Assembly (NCBI GenBank): GCA_963662275.1
Contig: OY759316.1
Location: 1,344,001 to 1,408,000 of the forward strand
Source: Candidatus Cloacimonadales bacterium
GTDB lineage: Bacteria; Cloacimonadota; Cloacimonadia; Cloacimonadales; DAONDQ01
DNA: 64,000 nt
Reading direction: 5' to 3'
Positions 18,630-31,450 of this stretch are shown here, piece by piece; the first letter of the stretch is position 1; every line of letters begins with the position of its first letter. The translations under genes and the position numbers were made by a program. A model generated the notes under the pieces. The model worked only from the letters and a program-made list of their open reading frames with translations. It was not told the origin of the DNA and ran no database searches.

Positions 18630-21470
18630 CTACATCTTCAAGTGTTTCTTCAGATATTCTCCGGTGAATGACTTGGGATTCATAGCAACTTCTTCAGGTG
18701 TTCCTTCTGCACAAATTTGACCACCTTCATCTCCACCTTCAGGACCCAGGTCTATTACATAATCAGCACATTTTATCACATCCAGGTTATGTTCAATAAC
18801 GATTACTGTATTACCCATTGAAACAAGACGCTTCAAAACGAGCAGTAACTTCTGGATATCATCGAAATGCAGACCTGTCGTAGGTTCATCAAGAAGATAG
18901 AGAGTATTGCCTGTACTTGGTCTGCTTAATTCACGTGATAGCTTAATACGTTGCGCTTCACCACCGGATAGCGTTGTGGATGACTGTCCAAGTTTGATAT
19001 AATCCAAACCCACTTCTATTAGAGTTTTCAGCTTTGAGGCGATAGAAGGGATATTACTGAAATAATCCATCGCTTCCTGGACATCCATATCTAACACATC
19101 TGCTATGCTTTTGCTCTTAAATTTCACACCAAGAGTCTCACTATTATATCTCTTTCCCTTACATACTTCACAAGTCACGTAAATATCCGGCATGAAGTGC
19201 ATCTCGATCTGTTTCAAACCGGCACCCTCACATGCTTCGCACCGACCACCCTTGACATTGAAGGAAAAGCGTCCTGCCTTATAGCCCCGAATCTTGGATT
19301 GAGGCAGTTCTGCAAAGAGATTACGGATAGGATCGAATAGCTTGATATAGGTACAAGGATTGGAACGTGGTGTTCTTCCAATGGGTTGTTGATCGATAGC
19401 AATCACTTTATCGAAATGCTGGAAGCCTTTAATTTCTTTATATTCACCTATCTTGTTTAGTGATTTAAAGAAATGCTTAAACAGAGCCGGATAAAGAGTT
19501 TGGTTGATCAATGAGCTTTTCCCTGAACCGGATACTCCGGTAACGCAAACGAATAACCCGACAGGTATTCGTACATCTATGTTCTTCAGGTTATTATGCC
19601 TGGCACCGATAATTTCTATATAGCGCTTATCAGGCTGAATTCGACGTATTGGTGTTTCTATCTCAAGTTCACCGGATAGGTATTTACCAGTCAGGGATTT
19701 CTTGTTTTTAATGATATCTTTCATCGTTCCCTGGGCAACTACTTCACCGCCAAAGATACCGGCACGTGGACCGAAATCAAGGATCATATCAGCGGTGCGC
19801 ATCATCTCTTCATCATGTTCAACAACAATGACTGTGTTCCCCAAATCTCTCAGTTGCAGAAGCATCTGGGTAAGTTTGCTATTATCCCGCTGGTGCAGAC
19901 CGATACTGGGTTCATCGAGAATGTACATAACACCGACAAGAGAAGAGCCGATCTGGCTGGCGAGACGAATCCGCTGTGTTTCTCCTCCTGATAGGGAAGG
20001 AGATCTGCGGGCAAGGGTCAGGTAATGTAATCCGACACTAGTAAGAAAGCCCAGCCGATTGATGATTTCCTTCAATGATTCCTCTGCAATCTGGAATTGA
20101 TTCCCTTTTAGTTTTAATGTGGAAAAGAAATGATGTGCTTCCCGAATATTCATTGTCGTTACGTCATAGATATTCTTATTACCGATCTTCACGGAGAGAC
20201 TTGCCGGCTTGAGTTTCCTGCCTTCACATTCGGGACAGGGTTTATCACTGATGAATTGCAGATAATGACGTCGGCTATCTTCGGAAGTAGTGTCCTTCAA
20301 ACGGCGATTCAATTGATGAATGATGCCTTCCCACTTGGACATGAATTGCCCTTGTGAATTGGCATTCTTCCATTCGACTTTGAAACGTTTCCCTTTTGCA
20401 CCATAAAGTATGAGATGCTGTATTTCAGGTGTTAGTTCTTCCCAAGGTGTACTTAACGAAAAATCGAATTCCCGAGCCATATTTTTTAGCATGTGAAGTG
20501 TCCAGCTATGCTGTTTCTCTTCCAGGATACCCCAAGCTACAACAGCTCCTTCCATGATGGATAAAGATGTATCAGGAACCACAAGTTCTGTGTCAAATTC
20601 AAGCTTATAACCCAGTCCATTGCAGGTTGTGCAGGCACCGATAGGACTGTTGAATGAAAAAGATTGTGGACTTAATTCTTCATATCCGATACCGCAACTC
20701 GTACAGGAATTTCTTTGCGAGAGTATTTCTGATTGGTTTTCATCTGTGAAGTCTAGTTTCACAAAGCCTTCTGTCAGTCGTAAAGCAACTTCCAAGGAAT
20801 CAGACAAACGTGAACGTATGGAATCCTTAACAACAAGACGATCAACAACAACATCGATGTTATGCTTACTCTTTTTATCGAGTAGAATTTCCTCTTCCAG
20901 ATTGCGAAGCTGACCATTGATCATCACACGGACAAAGCCCTCTTTCCTGATTTCATCCAATTCTTCCTTATGTTCGCCTTTACGGTTTTGGACGATAGGA
21001 GCCAGTATTTGTACTTTTGTTCCACTAGGTACAGAAAGAATGTAATCTGCCATCTGATCAACAGTCTGCGAACCCACTTCAGCACCGCAGTTGTAGCAGT
21101 ATTGCTTTCCAATACGGGCATAGAGCACACGTAAATAATCATAGATTTCAGTCACAGTCCCAACAGTAGAACGCGGATTCTTGCTGGCAGCCTTTTGTTC
21201 AATGGAAATGGCGGGGGAGAGTCCTTCAATGAAATCAACTTTTGGCTTTTCCATCTGACCCAAGAATTGACGTGCATACGCTGATAGTGATTCCACATAA
21301 CGACGCTGCCCTTCTGCGTATAATGTATCAAAAGCAAGTGACGATTTTCCTGAACCGGATACACCGGTGAATACGACGAGTTTATTTCGGGGAATGGTCA
21401 CATTAATATTCTTCAGATTATGTTCTGATGCACCTTTTACAATGATTTGTGTCTTCAAAATTACTCCCAT
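18630..21470 (-). CDS. uvrA: Excinuclease ABC subunit A
   Basis: GASEHNLKN, two [11 protein letters not shown]alker A motifs, [10 protein letters not shown], zinc fingers, LSGGEAQR; likely start MGVILK at 21470. Confidence 0.98.
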   Translation of the reverse strand: MGVILKTQIIVKGASEHNLKNINVTIPRNKLVVFTGVSGSGKSSLAFDTLYAEGQRRYVESLSAYARQFLGQMEKPKVDFIEGLSPAISIEQKAASKNPRSTVGTVTEIYDYLRVLYARIGKQYCYNCGAEVGSQTVDQMADYILSVPSGTKVQILAPIVQNRKGEHKEELDEIRKEGFVRVMINGQLRNLEEEILLDKKSKHNIDVVVDRLVVKDSIRSRLSDSLEVALRLTEGFVKLDFTDENQSEILSQRNSCTSCGIGYEELSPQSFSFNSPIGACTTCNGLGYKLEFDTELVVPDTSLSIMEGAVVAWGILEEKQHSWTLHMLKNMAREFDFSLSTPWEELTPEIQHLILYGAKGKRFKVEWKNANSQGQFMSKWEGIIHQLNRRLKDTTSEDSRRHYLQFISDKPCPECEGRKLKPASLSVKIGNKNIYDVTTMNIREAHHFFSTLKLKGNQFQIAEESLKEIINRLGFLTSVGLHYLTLARRSPSLSGGETQRIRLASQIGSSLVGVMYILDEPSIGLHQRDNSKLTQMLLQLRDLGNTVIVVEHDEEMMRTADMILDFGPRAGIFGGEVVAQGTMKDIIKNKKSLTGKYLSGELEIETPIRRIQPDKRYIEIIGARHNNLKNIDVRIPVGLFVCVTGVSGSGKSSLINQTLYPALFKHFFKSLNKIGEYKEIKGFQHFDKVIAIDQQPIGRTPRSNPCTYIKLFDPIRNLFAELPQSKIRGYKAGRFSFNVKGGRCEACEGAGLKQIEMHFMPDIYVTCEVCKGKRYNSETLGVKFKSKSIADVLDMDVQEAMDYFSNIPSIASKLKTLIEVGLDYIKLGQSSTTLSGGEAQRIKLSRELSRPSTGNTLYLLDEPTTGLHFDDIQKLLLVLKRLVSMGNTVIVIEHNLDVIKCADYVIDLGPEGGDEGGQICAEGTPEEVAMNPKSFTGEYLKKHLKM

Positions 21471-21764
21471 ATAATCTCTTTCTAATTTGAAAAAAAAGGT
21501 AGGGGATAGGATGTCAATTAAATAATAACCTCTAAATAAGAAATATGACAGAAAGGAAACATGAGTTGCATATACAATACTACAGGTTGTATCTATGTAA
21601 TATCGCAAACCCAGGAAGAACTTACCGGGCAAACAGAGTTGCATCCTGCGTATTGCTTATCAGAAGGACAGCAGAGGGGAAGGCAGCGCTACATTATTAT
21701 AAGATCGGAATCTTATGCCACAATGGAGTCTTCTCAGCAACTTTAAGTTTTTAGTTATAAGCTT

Positions 21765-22790
21765 TTAGTTTTCTTCTTTAAGACTCCTCGTCATGAGTTG
21801 AATCATTGCCTCAAAGGGAGATTTATCCTGGAAAAGCACTTCATAGATTTGCTCAGTGATGGGCATATCAATATTGAATTTGGATTTTATTTCATATATG
21901 GATTTAGTTGTGGCAACACCTTCAGCAACTGCTTTCATGGAATCTAGTATTTCCTTAAGCTTTCTTCCTTTTCCAATTTCAAAACCAACATAACGATTAC
22001 GGCTATGCGGACTGATAGCAGTAGTAATCAAATCTCCCATACCGGATAATCCAAGGAATGTTTCAGCATGTGCGCCAAGGGCAACACCAAGCCTCTGTAT
22101 TTCAACAATACCCCTTGTTAATAGAGCACCTTTCGTGTTATCTCCATAACCGATACCATCGATGATACCGGCAGCGATTGAGATGATATTCTTCACGGCT
22201 CCACCAATTTCCACTCCAATCAAATCATGAGAACGATATACGCGAAAATAGGAATTACTGAACAACCGTTGAACTTCACTCAATAAAGGATCATTGCTGC
22301 CCGCAATTACCACAGCTGTTGGTATTTTTCGAGCTACTTCCTCAGCATGGGAAGGACCGGATAAAGTCATGATTTTTGCACTCAAAACAGAGGGAAGCTC
22401 TTCTGCCAGTACTTCTGACATTCTCTTCAAAGTATGTTCTTCCACACCTTTAGCCACATTGATAATCGCTTTGATTTCCTGGAGTGACGAGATAGAGCTT
22501 ATGGCATTTCGTAAGGAGGAACGTAAGAACTGGGATGGTATCGCAAAAATGATATATTCCGGATTGTTTGAGAGAGCTTCCTCAATCTGATTCGTTACGA
22601 TGATTGATCCTGGTATCTCAATGTCCTTTAGCAGATAGGGATTGCTATGGGTTGTTTTGATCAACTCAACATAAGCAGGATTGAATTCCCATAACGAAAC
22701 TTGGTTCCCATTTTCTGCAAGTAATTTACTGATGGCAAGTCCCCAGGCACCTCCACCCATGATAGTAATTTGTTTTCCAATCTGATTCAT
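21765..22790 (-). CDS. gpsA: NAD(P)H-dependent glycerol-3-phosphate dehydrogenase
   Basis: GGGAWG Rossmann motif, SGPSHAEEV, GGAVKNII, GMGDLITT, SRNR. Confidence 0.97.
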   Translation of the reverse strand: MNQIGKQITIMGGGAWGLAISKLLAENGNQVSLWEFNPAYVELIKTTHSNPYLLKDIEIPGSIIVTNQIEEALSNNPEYIIFAIPSQFLRSSLRNAISSISSLQEIKAIINVAKGVEEHTLKRMSEVLAEELPSVLSAKIMTLSGPSHAEEVARKIPTAVVIAGSNDPLLSEVQRLFSNSYFRVYRSHDLIGVEIGGAVKNIISIAAGIIDGIGYGDNTKGALLTRGIVEIQRLGVALGAHAETFLGLSGMGDLITTAISPHSRNRYVGFEIGKGRKLKEILDSMKAVAEGVATTKSIYEIKSKFNIDMPITEQIYEVLFQDKSPFEAMIQLMTRSLKEEN

Positions 22791-23041
22791 GTATTCCTTC
22801 TTTTTACAATCTGTTTGACAATAATAAACTAAATGGAAACGAAGTCAATCCCAATAGTAATGATGTGGATACATAAAATTAATTTTAGGCTTATGTCATT
22901 GAACCTATTTTATAATGAGTTGTTGATTTTTTGTAAAATTATCATCCTTAACAGCTTATATTATAGGTTGTATGAATGGAGCTTATAGGTTCGAGCTTAG
23001 AAAAAATAATTTTCCTTGACGTGATTTAACCTATCTTATTA

Positions 23042-23068
23042 TTAGCAATCATATAATGTGACTGCTAA
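23042..23068 (+). promoter_or_regulatory. CIRCE-like HrcA operator upstream of groEL
   Basis: TTAGCAATC-N9-GACTGCTAA versus consensus TTAGCACTC-N9-GAGTGCTAA; TTGACG -35-like hexamer at 23016. Confidence 0.85.
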
Positions 23069-23084
23069 TAATAAACAATAATAA

Positions 23085-24743
<1,659 letters not shown>

Positions 24744-24763
24744 TCAATAAGAAAATATCTTAG

Positions 24764-24794
24764 AAAATAGCTCCCGAAAATGGGAGCTATTTTA
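24764..24794 (+). terminator. Rho-independent terminator of groEL
   Basis: AAAATAGCTCCC-GAAAAT-GGGAGCTATTTT(T). Confidence 0.85.
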
Positions 24795-24929
24795 CTATAT
24801 ACCATTGTTTTTGAAAAATATCTGAATGAAACTCATATTTAATTTGACATGATTAATGCTCTACAGAATCTTCTTAAAAATAAGTGAATTGATATCGTAT
24901 TAAAATAAATCTCACAAAGGAGTGAAGAA

Positions 24930-27134
24930 ATGAAGAAGAGCATTATTGTCCTCATGGTTTTCATTTTTATGATGAGCTGTCTTATGGCAGCAAATGACAA
25001 ACCCATTATCAATCAATCCAAACCGCTCATCGAAACGAATTATGTTTCTGAATCTCTCAACTCAAAAACAACCATGCCAACCGGACCTAACAGACAGAGC
25101 TTCCTGGACCTGGATTTTACCGGTTTAAACTCCCTTCCTGCCGGCTGGACTGCTGAAGTTGATACAACCATAGCACATTGGTCAATCAGGCAAACAAATC
25201 TTGCAGGTGGTACGGCTCCAGAACTATGTTTTGCAGATCAGCCATATTTTACCGGAATCTCCCGTTATATTTCACCGGAGATTGATTTAACTGGTATTAG
25301 TTCGCTCAACCTGATGTTTTTACATTCTGTAGATCATTACACTTCACCCTATACTTTGGGAGTGGCTACACGATCAAATCATGGGGCGTGGACAAATGTA
25401 TGGACGCTAGATCCCACTGCAACCGTCATCAGCCAGGTCGTAGATCTTCTGGTTGGAACTGCTGACGTGGGAAGTTCAACTTTCCAGGTTTGTTTCTATT
25501 TCAGTGGATATTCATATAATATCAATAAATGGCTGATTGATGATATCAACCTCTTCATATGGCCTCATGATATCAAAACTTTATCCCTTACTACAGAACA
25601 GAATTATTCTGTAGGGGCAAGCTTTGTTCCATCTGTTGTTGTTGGTAATATCGGACAGAATTCTGAATCTTTCTCCGTGACCTGTGAAATTTCTCAATTC
25701 GAAACCGTTGTTTATTCACAGACCGTTGATATGACACTTGGACAGGGGCGTACAGGTTCTCCGCAATTTCCGTCTTTTACGATTCCGGCAGCCAACGAAA
25801 TCTACAAAATTACTGTCACTGCCAATCTTGCGAATGACCAGAATACAGCCAATAATTCCAAGACGAATTATTTCTATTCTTATGTCACTGAAAGACAGAA
25901 AATGATGCTGGAGATTGCCACTGGTACATGGTGTCAATTCTGTCCCGGCGCTGCTATGGGCGCTGAAGACCTGGTAGCCAATGGCAAGGATGTTGCTGTT
26001 GTCGAATATCATAACCAGGATCCTTATGTGAACGCAGCTTCTAATGCGCGTAATGAATATTATATGGTTCCCGGGTATCCCACTGCAACTTTTGATGGAC
26101 AGCGCCAGATAGATTATGGTAATCATTCAAATAGCCTGTATTCAACATATCTGCCCATCTACGAAGATGCCATCACTAAAATGAGTCCATTCTATATTTC
26201 TATGACTGGTGCCATATCGGATACAGATACCAGCATCCTCAATGTAAATGTAAATGTAATCAGGTTTGGTCGTATTTTACCGGATGAACCCCTGGTTCTC
26301 CATTTTGCGGTCACGGAATCGGATATTGCTTGTATATGGCAAGGACAAACGGAAGTGAGTTTTGTGGAACGTGCGATGACACCGGATGAAAATGGAACTG
26401 ACCTTAATATTGCTAATGTTGAGTCACAGTCTATTCCTTTGACCACTACGCTTGGAGCAGCCTGGAATGTCGGGAACCTGGAAGTTGTCGCCTTTATCCA
26501 GAATCCGATTACGAAAGTGATTTACCAGGGATATGTTAAACCTTTATTAGATCTGTCTGTCATGGATAGAGCTTATCCTCCCAGGACGCTAGCAGCAGTT
26601 CATAGCGGAGACGAAGTGACTCTAACGTGGTTAGCGCCTTCCAGTACAATGGGATTATCTGCTTATGTAATTTATCGGGATGGAGCAATTCTCTATACAA
26701 AGACACGTGATTTGGCGACAAGACAATTTGTTGATCCGGCAATTCCGGGTGATCATGTTTATCTTGTGAAAGCTCTCTTCGGAGGAGTTTATTCAACACC
26801 TTCAAACCAGGTGAATGTGAACATTGTAGCTAATGATGATGCCGTTGCCACCCCTGTTTTATCTCGAATGATCAGTAACTATCCCAGTCCATATAATCGA
26901 AGCACCCGTATTCGCTATGAAATGGTCAAGGATGCGAAAGTCTCCCTGGCTGTTTATAATGTGAGAGGTCAGCTTGTCAGGTCTCTCGTAAATGAAGTGA
27001 TACCTACCGGAATCCATGAAATTGTCTGGAACGGTAAAGATAACGATGGCAACTCAATAGCTTCAGGTGTTTACTTCTATCATTTCAGCACTGGAAGCGT
27101 GAAACAGGTTCGTAAAACAATCCTGCTGAAATAA
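24930..27134 (+). CDS. Secreted Omp28-related protein (thioredoxin-like CxxC) with C-terminal FlgD-Ig/T9SS-type sorting domain
   Basis: Signal peptide; EIATGTWCQFCP, GYPTATFDG; C-term NYPSPYN...YNVRGQLV...WNGKD...SGVYFY. Confidence 0.85.
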   Translation: MKKSIIVLMVFIFMMSCLMAANDKPIINQSKPLIETNYVSESLNSKTTMPTGPNRQSFLDLDFTGLNSLPAGWTAEVDTTIAHWSIRQTNLAGGTAPELCFADQPYFTGISRYISPEIDLTGISSLNLMFLHSVDHYTSPYTLGVATRSNHGAWTNVWTLDPTATVISQVVDLLVGTADVGSSTFQVCFYFSGYSYNINKWLIDDINLFIWPHDIKTLSLTTEQNYSVGASFVPSVVVGNIGQNSESFSVTCEISQFETVVYSQTVDMTLGQGRTGSPQFPSFTIPAANEIYKITVTANLANDQNTANNSKTNYFYSYVTERQKMMLEIATGTWCQFCPGAAMGAEDLVANGKDVAVVEYHNQDPYVNAASNARNEYYMVPGYPTATFDGQRQIDYGNHSNSLYSTYLPIYEDAITKMSPFYISMTGAISDTDTSILNVNVNVIRFGRILPDEPLVLHFAVTESDIACIWQGQTEVSFVERAMTPDENGTDLNIANVESQSIPLTTTLGAAWNVGNLEVVAFIQNPITKVIYQGYVKPLLDLSVMDRAYPPRTLAAVHSGDEVTLTWLAPSSTMGLSAYVIYRDGAILYTKTRDLATRQFVDPAIPGDHVYLVKALFGGVYSTPSNQVNVNIVANDDAVATPVLSRMISNYPSPYNRSTRIRYEMVKDAKVSLAVYNVRGQLVRSLVNEVIPTGIHEIVWNGKDNDGNSIASGVYFYHFSTGSVKQVRKTILLK

Positions 27135-27149
27135 CAATCCAAATCTTCT

Positions 27150-27278
27150 GTAGAGACGCCCAACTTGGGCGTCTCTACTTTATCCAACTTGGGCGTCTCT
27201 ACTTTATCCAAGTTGGGCGTCTCTACTTTATCCAAGTTGGGCGTCTCTACTTTATCCAAGTTGGGCGTCTCTACTTTA
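27150..27278. repeat. Perfect palindrome GTAGAGACGCCCAA-C-TTGGGCGTCTCTAC followed by 24-bp tandem copies of its right arm (5 arms in total)
   Basis: TTGGGCGTCTCTAC at 27165, 27189, 27213, 27237 and 27261. Confidence 0.92.
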
Positions 27279-27311
27279 ATACCCCGGACAAATACATATT
27301 CCAGGAATGCA

Positions 27312-28700
27312 ATGGATAAGAATCGAATCTACCTCCTCGAGTCAATGCCTATCCGGAAAGCTATTTACAAACTGGCACTTCCGACTGTCTTCAGCATGAT
27401 AGTCCAGATTTTCTATAATATCACGGATACTTTCTTTGTAGGTAAATTGAACGATCCCTATCAGTTGGCTGCTGTCAGCATTGCCATGCCTATCTTTATG
27501 ATGCAAATGGCAATTTCCGGTATCTTCGGCAATGGCGCTGCATCATACCTATCCCGCCAATTAGGCAGGAAAGACTACTCCGGAGCGAGAGAAACAGCCA
27601 CAATCTCAATTTTTTCCTGCCTGGTAACATCCTTTGCCGTAGCTGTTATTGGAATTTACTATATGCCTCAAATACTCAGCATGGCAGGGGCAAGTCCGCA
27701 CACCATCGGTTATGCTTCAGCATATCTGAAGATCATCTTTCTCGGCTCTGCAATTATGATGCTTGGTTTCACGATTTCCCAGTTATTGAGAGCGGAGGGA
27801 GCAGCGAAAGCTGTCATGATTGGCAATCTAATTGGCACGGGAGTCAATATTGTCCTGGATCCTTTATTCATTTTTGTCTTTCACCAGGGAGTTGCCGGTG
27901 CTGCCATAGCAACGGTAATTGGCAGCGGCTGCAGCTTACTTTATTTTCTTTCCTTCTATTGGCGGAAGAAAAGTCATGCTATGCCATCCTGGCAATATCT
28001 CAAATTCCGTTGGGAAACGTATAAAGAGATCTTCAAAATCGGTGTTCCCTCCTCCATCAGCCAGGTTATGATGAGTGTTGGCAATGCCATTTCCTACAGC
28101 GTTGCTTCCGGTTATGGAGATGCCTCTGTGGCTGCCTTAGGGATTGTCTGGCGCGTGATGACAATACCCATATTCATCATCATAGGGATCGCTATTTCCA
28201 TCCAGCCGCTGGTTGGTTACAACTATGGCGCAAATAATCCCCAAAGACTGAAGAGCACTGTTAAAACTGCCTTAGGAATATCCGGCGCTCTAGCTGCGTT
28301 CTTTACACTCTGTTTTTTCCTCTTTCCCAGGGCTTTTATCCTGGTCTTTATTGCAGATCCCCAAGTTGTAGAAATAGGGGAGATGGTGCTGAGAGCTTTT
28401 ACTTTTGCAATCCCCTTTGCTGCCATTCAAATGCCGCTTATGACCTCCCTGCAAGCTATGGGAAAAGGGATTCCCTCCTTAATCATCGCATTATCCAGGA
28501 ATGGACTGGTCTATATTCCTGCTGTCTATCTGCTGAATTATCTTTTTGGCTTCGAAGGCTTGGTCTATGCTCTGCCACTCTCTGATATGATCACTGCCGT
28601 CATGTCTTTCTTCTTTATCCTGAATATCGTACAAAAACTGAAGTACCATAAAGTTGAAATAGAACCCCAGGAAGTGCTGGTTAAAGAAGCAATTTATTAA
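27312..28700 (+). CDS. MATE family efflux transporter (MepA-like)
   Basis: Likely start MDKNR; LALPT, YNITDTFFVG, RAEG, NIVLDPLFIF, GVAGAAIAT, GYNYGA; about 12 TM. Confidence 0.93.
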   Translation: MDKNRIYLLESMPIRKAIYKLALPTVFSMIVQIFYNITDTFFVGKLNDPYQLAAVSIAMPIFMMQMAISGIFGNGAASYLSRQLGRKDYSGARETATISIFSCLVTSFAVAVIGIYYMPQILSMAGASPHTIGYASAYLKIIFLGSAIMMLGFTISQLLRAEGAAKAVMIGNLIGTGVNIVLDPLFIFVFHQGVAGAAIATVIGSGCSLLYFLSFYWRKKSHAMPSWQYLKFRWETYKEIFKIGVPSSISQVMMSVGNAISYSVASGYGDASVAALGIVWRVMTIPIFIIIGIAISIQPLVGYNYGANNPQRLKSTVKTALGISGALAAFFTLCFFLFPRAFILVFIADPQVVEIGEMVLRAFTFAIPFAAIQMPLMTSLQAMGKGIPSLIIALSRNGLVYIPAVYLLNYLFGFEGLVYALPLSDMITAVMSFFFILNIVQKLKYHKVEIEPQEVLVKEAIY

Positions 28701-28761
28701 ATGTATTCCGGATATGCAAAAAAAGCAGACTCCTTTGTGCTCCCCTGAATTGAACAGGCTG

Positions 28762-31104
28762 CTATTTCACTTTTATCATCTTCTTAGTATAGCTGTACCC
28801 CGGTTTATCCACTTTGCAGAAATAAACACCGGACGCTGTTGATTTGCCGTTATCATCCAAACCATTCCAGGTGAGTTGGATCGTACCCGCACACATCTTA
28901 CCCGCTGCCAGTGTTTTAACCTGCTGCCCGCGGATATTATAAATATTGATAACGATGTCATCAGGTGCAGGTAAATTGAATTCTATCTTTGTGCTTTCCC
29001 GAAAAGGGTTAGGGTAAATCCTGATATTCGACACATCTGCAATGGGTATCGTATCATCATGAACATCTACAGAACCGTATTCATAACAGCCCATGTCAAC
29101 ACTATTCCCATGAATACGGGGAGCGCCATTCAGATCATAGGGATACAACCCGCCCGGTACATCTGATGTACCAGTATCGATACAGGGAGAACCGGAGGCT
29201 AGTTCATATGGTTTTTCAGTATTATCTGAATTGAATAAAGGTAATTCATTTATATTCCCTTCCTGCCAATAAATGGTTCCCCACCAGTCTTCATTAAAAA
29301 CACCATCAATTCCATCTTTCACATTACAGTGATTAAAAGCCACGTGATTAACAGGGGGATTTGGTTCAAACGGATGAAGCAGAAATACCTGGTGGGATGT
29401 ATCATTAGCAAATATACAGTTCCAGAAGTTCACCGAGTCGGCACAAATTCCAACCGCTGCTCCAGGGCTTAGATTATCAGCAAATGTACAATTAATAATA
29501 TCATAAGGACCACGTCCTGTAAAGAGCATTGGTATTCCTTTATAAATTGCATTTGAAAATGTGCTTTGATTATCTGTGAAAAGACAGTTTTCGATACGGT
29601 ATGCAGGAAAATCAAACTGCATGCTTGTTAAAACAATAGAAGCCCCACCGCCTTCAGTGTTATCGAAATTGTTCTGAAAAATGCAATTTCGAATCTGCAC
29701 ATTGCTTGAAGCATCTATTCGCAAGGCGCCTCCCTGATCCCAATCGACCTGGAATGCATGGTTGTTCCTGAAAGTAGAGTTTTCAATATAGGCTTCAGCA
29801 ATTTCACTTAGCATCATGCCTGAAATTCCTTCCAAACCAGTATTATTGGAAACTGTTATATTTTTAAAATTACATACTTCCATATTTCCCAGTGAAATAG
29901 CAGGTACCATTTTTGATGTACAGCTTTCAACTTTTATGTTCTCAAGATAGATATCGGTCGAATATGCGCCACTAATTGCTGATCCATAGCTTTCGTGTTC
30001 AAAATCAGCGAAACTAAAGTTCTTGAAAGCAAAATTGACGGTTCCTCTTGGAACGCTAAGCATGGGATAATGATTATTACCATTGATAATTGTGTTTTCT
30101 AGCGACTGTCCAATCACTTTGACGTATGATTTTGCGCTCAAGGGCAATTTCTGACTATTAGTTTCCATTGAATATATACCATTTGCGATATGCACAGTTT
30201 TCGGATTCAAGCTATCACTGGCAATGTTATGCAATGCCCATGCAATCGTTTTGAATGGTGAAGCTGAAGAAAGACCATCGTTGTGATCATCTCCATTAAC
30301 CGCAACATATAGATCATGATTAACCTGTGTCAAAAAGGTATGATGGATGTCAAAGTTGTATAAATAGATGTCTTCGATGAAGTTAACTTGTGTTTCCGCA
30401 TAGTATCTATCCGGGTTTATTACTGTAAATGTATCTACTATCACATTAACTGTCATAGGTAAATCACAGCTTAAAATGTCAGTTCCCTGCCCGGAATAAT
30501 TATTATAGATACTGCATCGGTTATCTGCATCCATGGTAAAACTAATCTCATCACCTTGAAGACAAATACCACCGCCTCCTGCTGTTGCGAGATTATTAAA
30601 AAATGAAGTCCCTTTCAGACTTACACTTCCACGCCAAACAAATAATCCGCCTCCAAACTCTGTTTCATTAGCGAATATTCGACAATCTTCAATTGATAAC
30701 GTGCTATAATATCCAATAAGAATGCCTCCTCCGTCATCGAAGTAATAGCAATGTTCCCCTGACCCATTGGTAATGGAGAAGCCGATTATTCTCGCGGAAG
30801 TTTCTCCGCTCATCACACGTACACAACAGCCCATTCGTTGACCGTCAATAATTGTAGTCCCGATATAGACACGATCATTTGTCGTGAACTTCAGACTGGC
30901 AACTGTAATGTTTTTGCCGTTAAAATCAATGTTCTCCAAATACCTGCCCGGATGGACAAGTACCAAGTCACCATTATTAGAGGCATTGATGGCTGCCTGG
31001 ATGGTTGGATAATTCCCCAGCCCATCCTGTCTGACTGTGATCGTAATTGCACTTAGTGATACTATTGAGAGCGTAACAATGATCAGCAGCATGAATTTTA
31101 ACAT
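28762..31104 (-). CDS. Secreted right-handed beta-helix protein with FlgD-Ig/T9SS-type C-terminal domain
   Basis: YPTIQAAI, GGG..NN repeats, LYV...G.D.NDG..PFKTI (DUF1565-like), SPCIDTG...DMGCYE, IYPNPF...YNIRGQ. Confidence 0.85.
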   Translation of the reverse strand: MLKFMLLIIVTLSIVSLSAITITVRQDGLGNYPTIQAAINASNNGDLVLVHPGRYLENIDFNGKNITVASLKFTTNDRVYIGTTIIDGQRMGCCVRVMSGETSARIIGFSITNGSGEHCYYFDDGGGILIGYYSTLSIEDCRIFANETEFGGGLFVWRGSVSLKGTSFFNNLATAGGGGICLQGDEISFTMDADNRCSIYNNYSGQGTDILSCDLPMTVNVIVDTFTVINPDRYYAETQVNFIEDIYLYNFDIHHTFLTQVNHDLYVAVNGDDHNDGLSSASPFKTIAWALHNIASDSLNPKTVHIANGIYSMETNSQKLPLSAKSYVKVIGQSLENTIINGNNHYPMLSVPRGTVNFAFKNFSFADFEHESYGSAISGAYSTDIYLENIKVESCTSKMVPAISLGNMEVCNFKNITVSNNTGLEGISGMMLSEIAEAYIENSTFRNNHAFQVDWDQGGALRIDASSNVQIRNCIFQNNFDNTEGGGASIVLTSMQFDFPAYRIENCLFTDNQSTFSNAIYKGIPMLFTGRGPYDIINCTFADNLSPGAAVGICADSVNFWNCIFANDTSHQVFLLHPFEPNPPVNHVAFNHCNVKDGIDGVFNEDWWGTIYWQEGNINELPLFNSDNTEKPYELASGSPCIDTGTSDVPGGLYPYDLNGAPRIHGNSVDMGCYEYGSVDVHDDTIPIADVSNIRIYPNPFRESTKIEFNLPAPDDIVINIYNIRGQQVKTLAAGKMCAGTIQLTWNGLDDNGKSTASGVYFCKVDKPGYSYTKKMIKVK

Positions 31105-31120
31105 CTTTTCTCCAGGATTA

Positions 31121-31149
31121 TCAGGCAGAGAGACCGGCTCTCTGCCTGA
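31121..31149. other. 12-bp perfect stem-loop in the 5' leader of the 780-aa gene
   Basis: TCAGGCAGAGAG-ACCGG-CTCTCTGCCTGA. Confidence 0.6.
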
Positions 31150-31283
31150 ATCATGTTTTGTCTCTTTACTTCTGTTTATATTGATACACGTTTTAGGATA
31201 TTAAGTAACTTTTATCAGGTGTTAGAGATGAATCATCGCCTTCGCAAGGATGACAGTGCTGTTATTCTGATCTTCTGCCCCAG

Positions 31284-31442
31284 CACCTGGCACCTAGCAC
31301 CTAGCACCTAACACCTAACACCTAGCACCTAGCACCTAGCACCTAACACCTGGCACCTAACACCTAGCACCTAGCACCTAACACCTGGCACCTAACACCT
31401 GGCACCTAACACCTGGCACCTAACACCTAACACCTAGCACCT
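31284..31442. repeat. Heptamer tandem repeat CACCT(AG/AA/GG) x22
   Basis: Counted directly; ends in CACCTTCTGC, like the array at 54408-54460. Confidence 0.95.
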
Positions 31443-31450
31443 TCTGCAAT

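Noticed and set aside
21471..21754. N-terminal extension of UvrA and small plus-strand ORFs
   Set aside because: UvrA similarity begins at about MGVILK; the rest is intergenic DNA containing a REP hairpin
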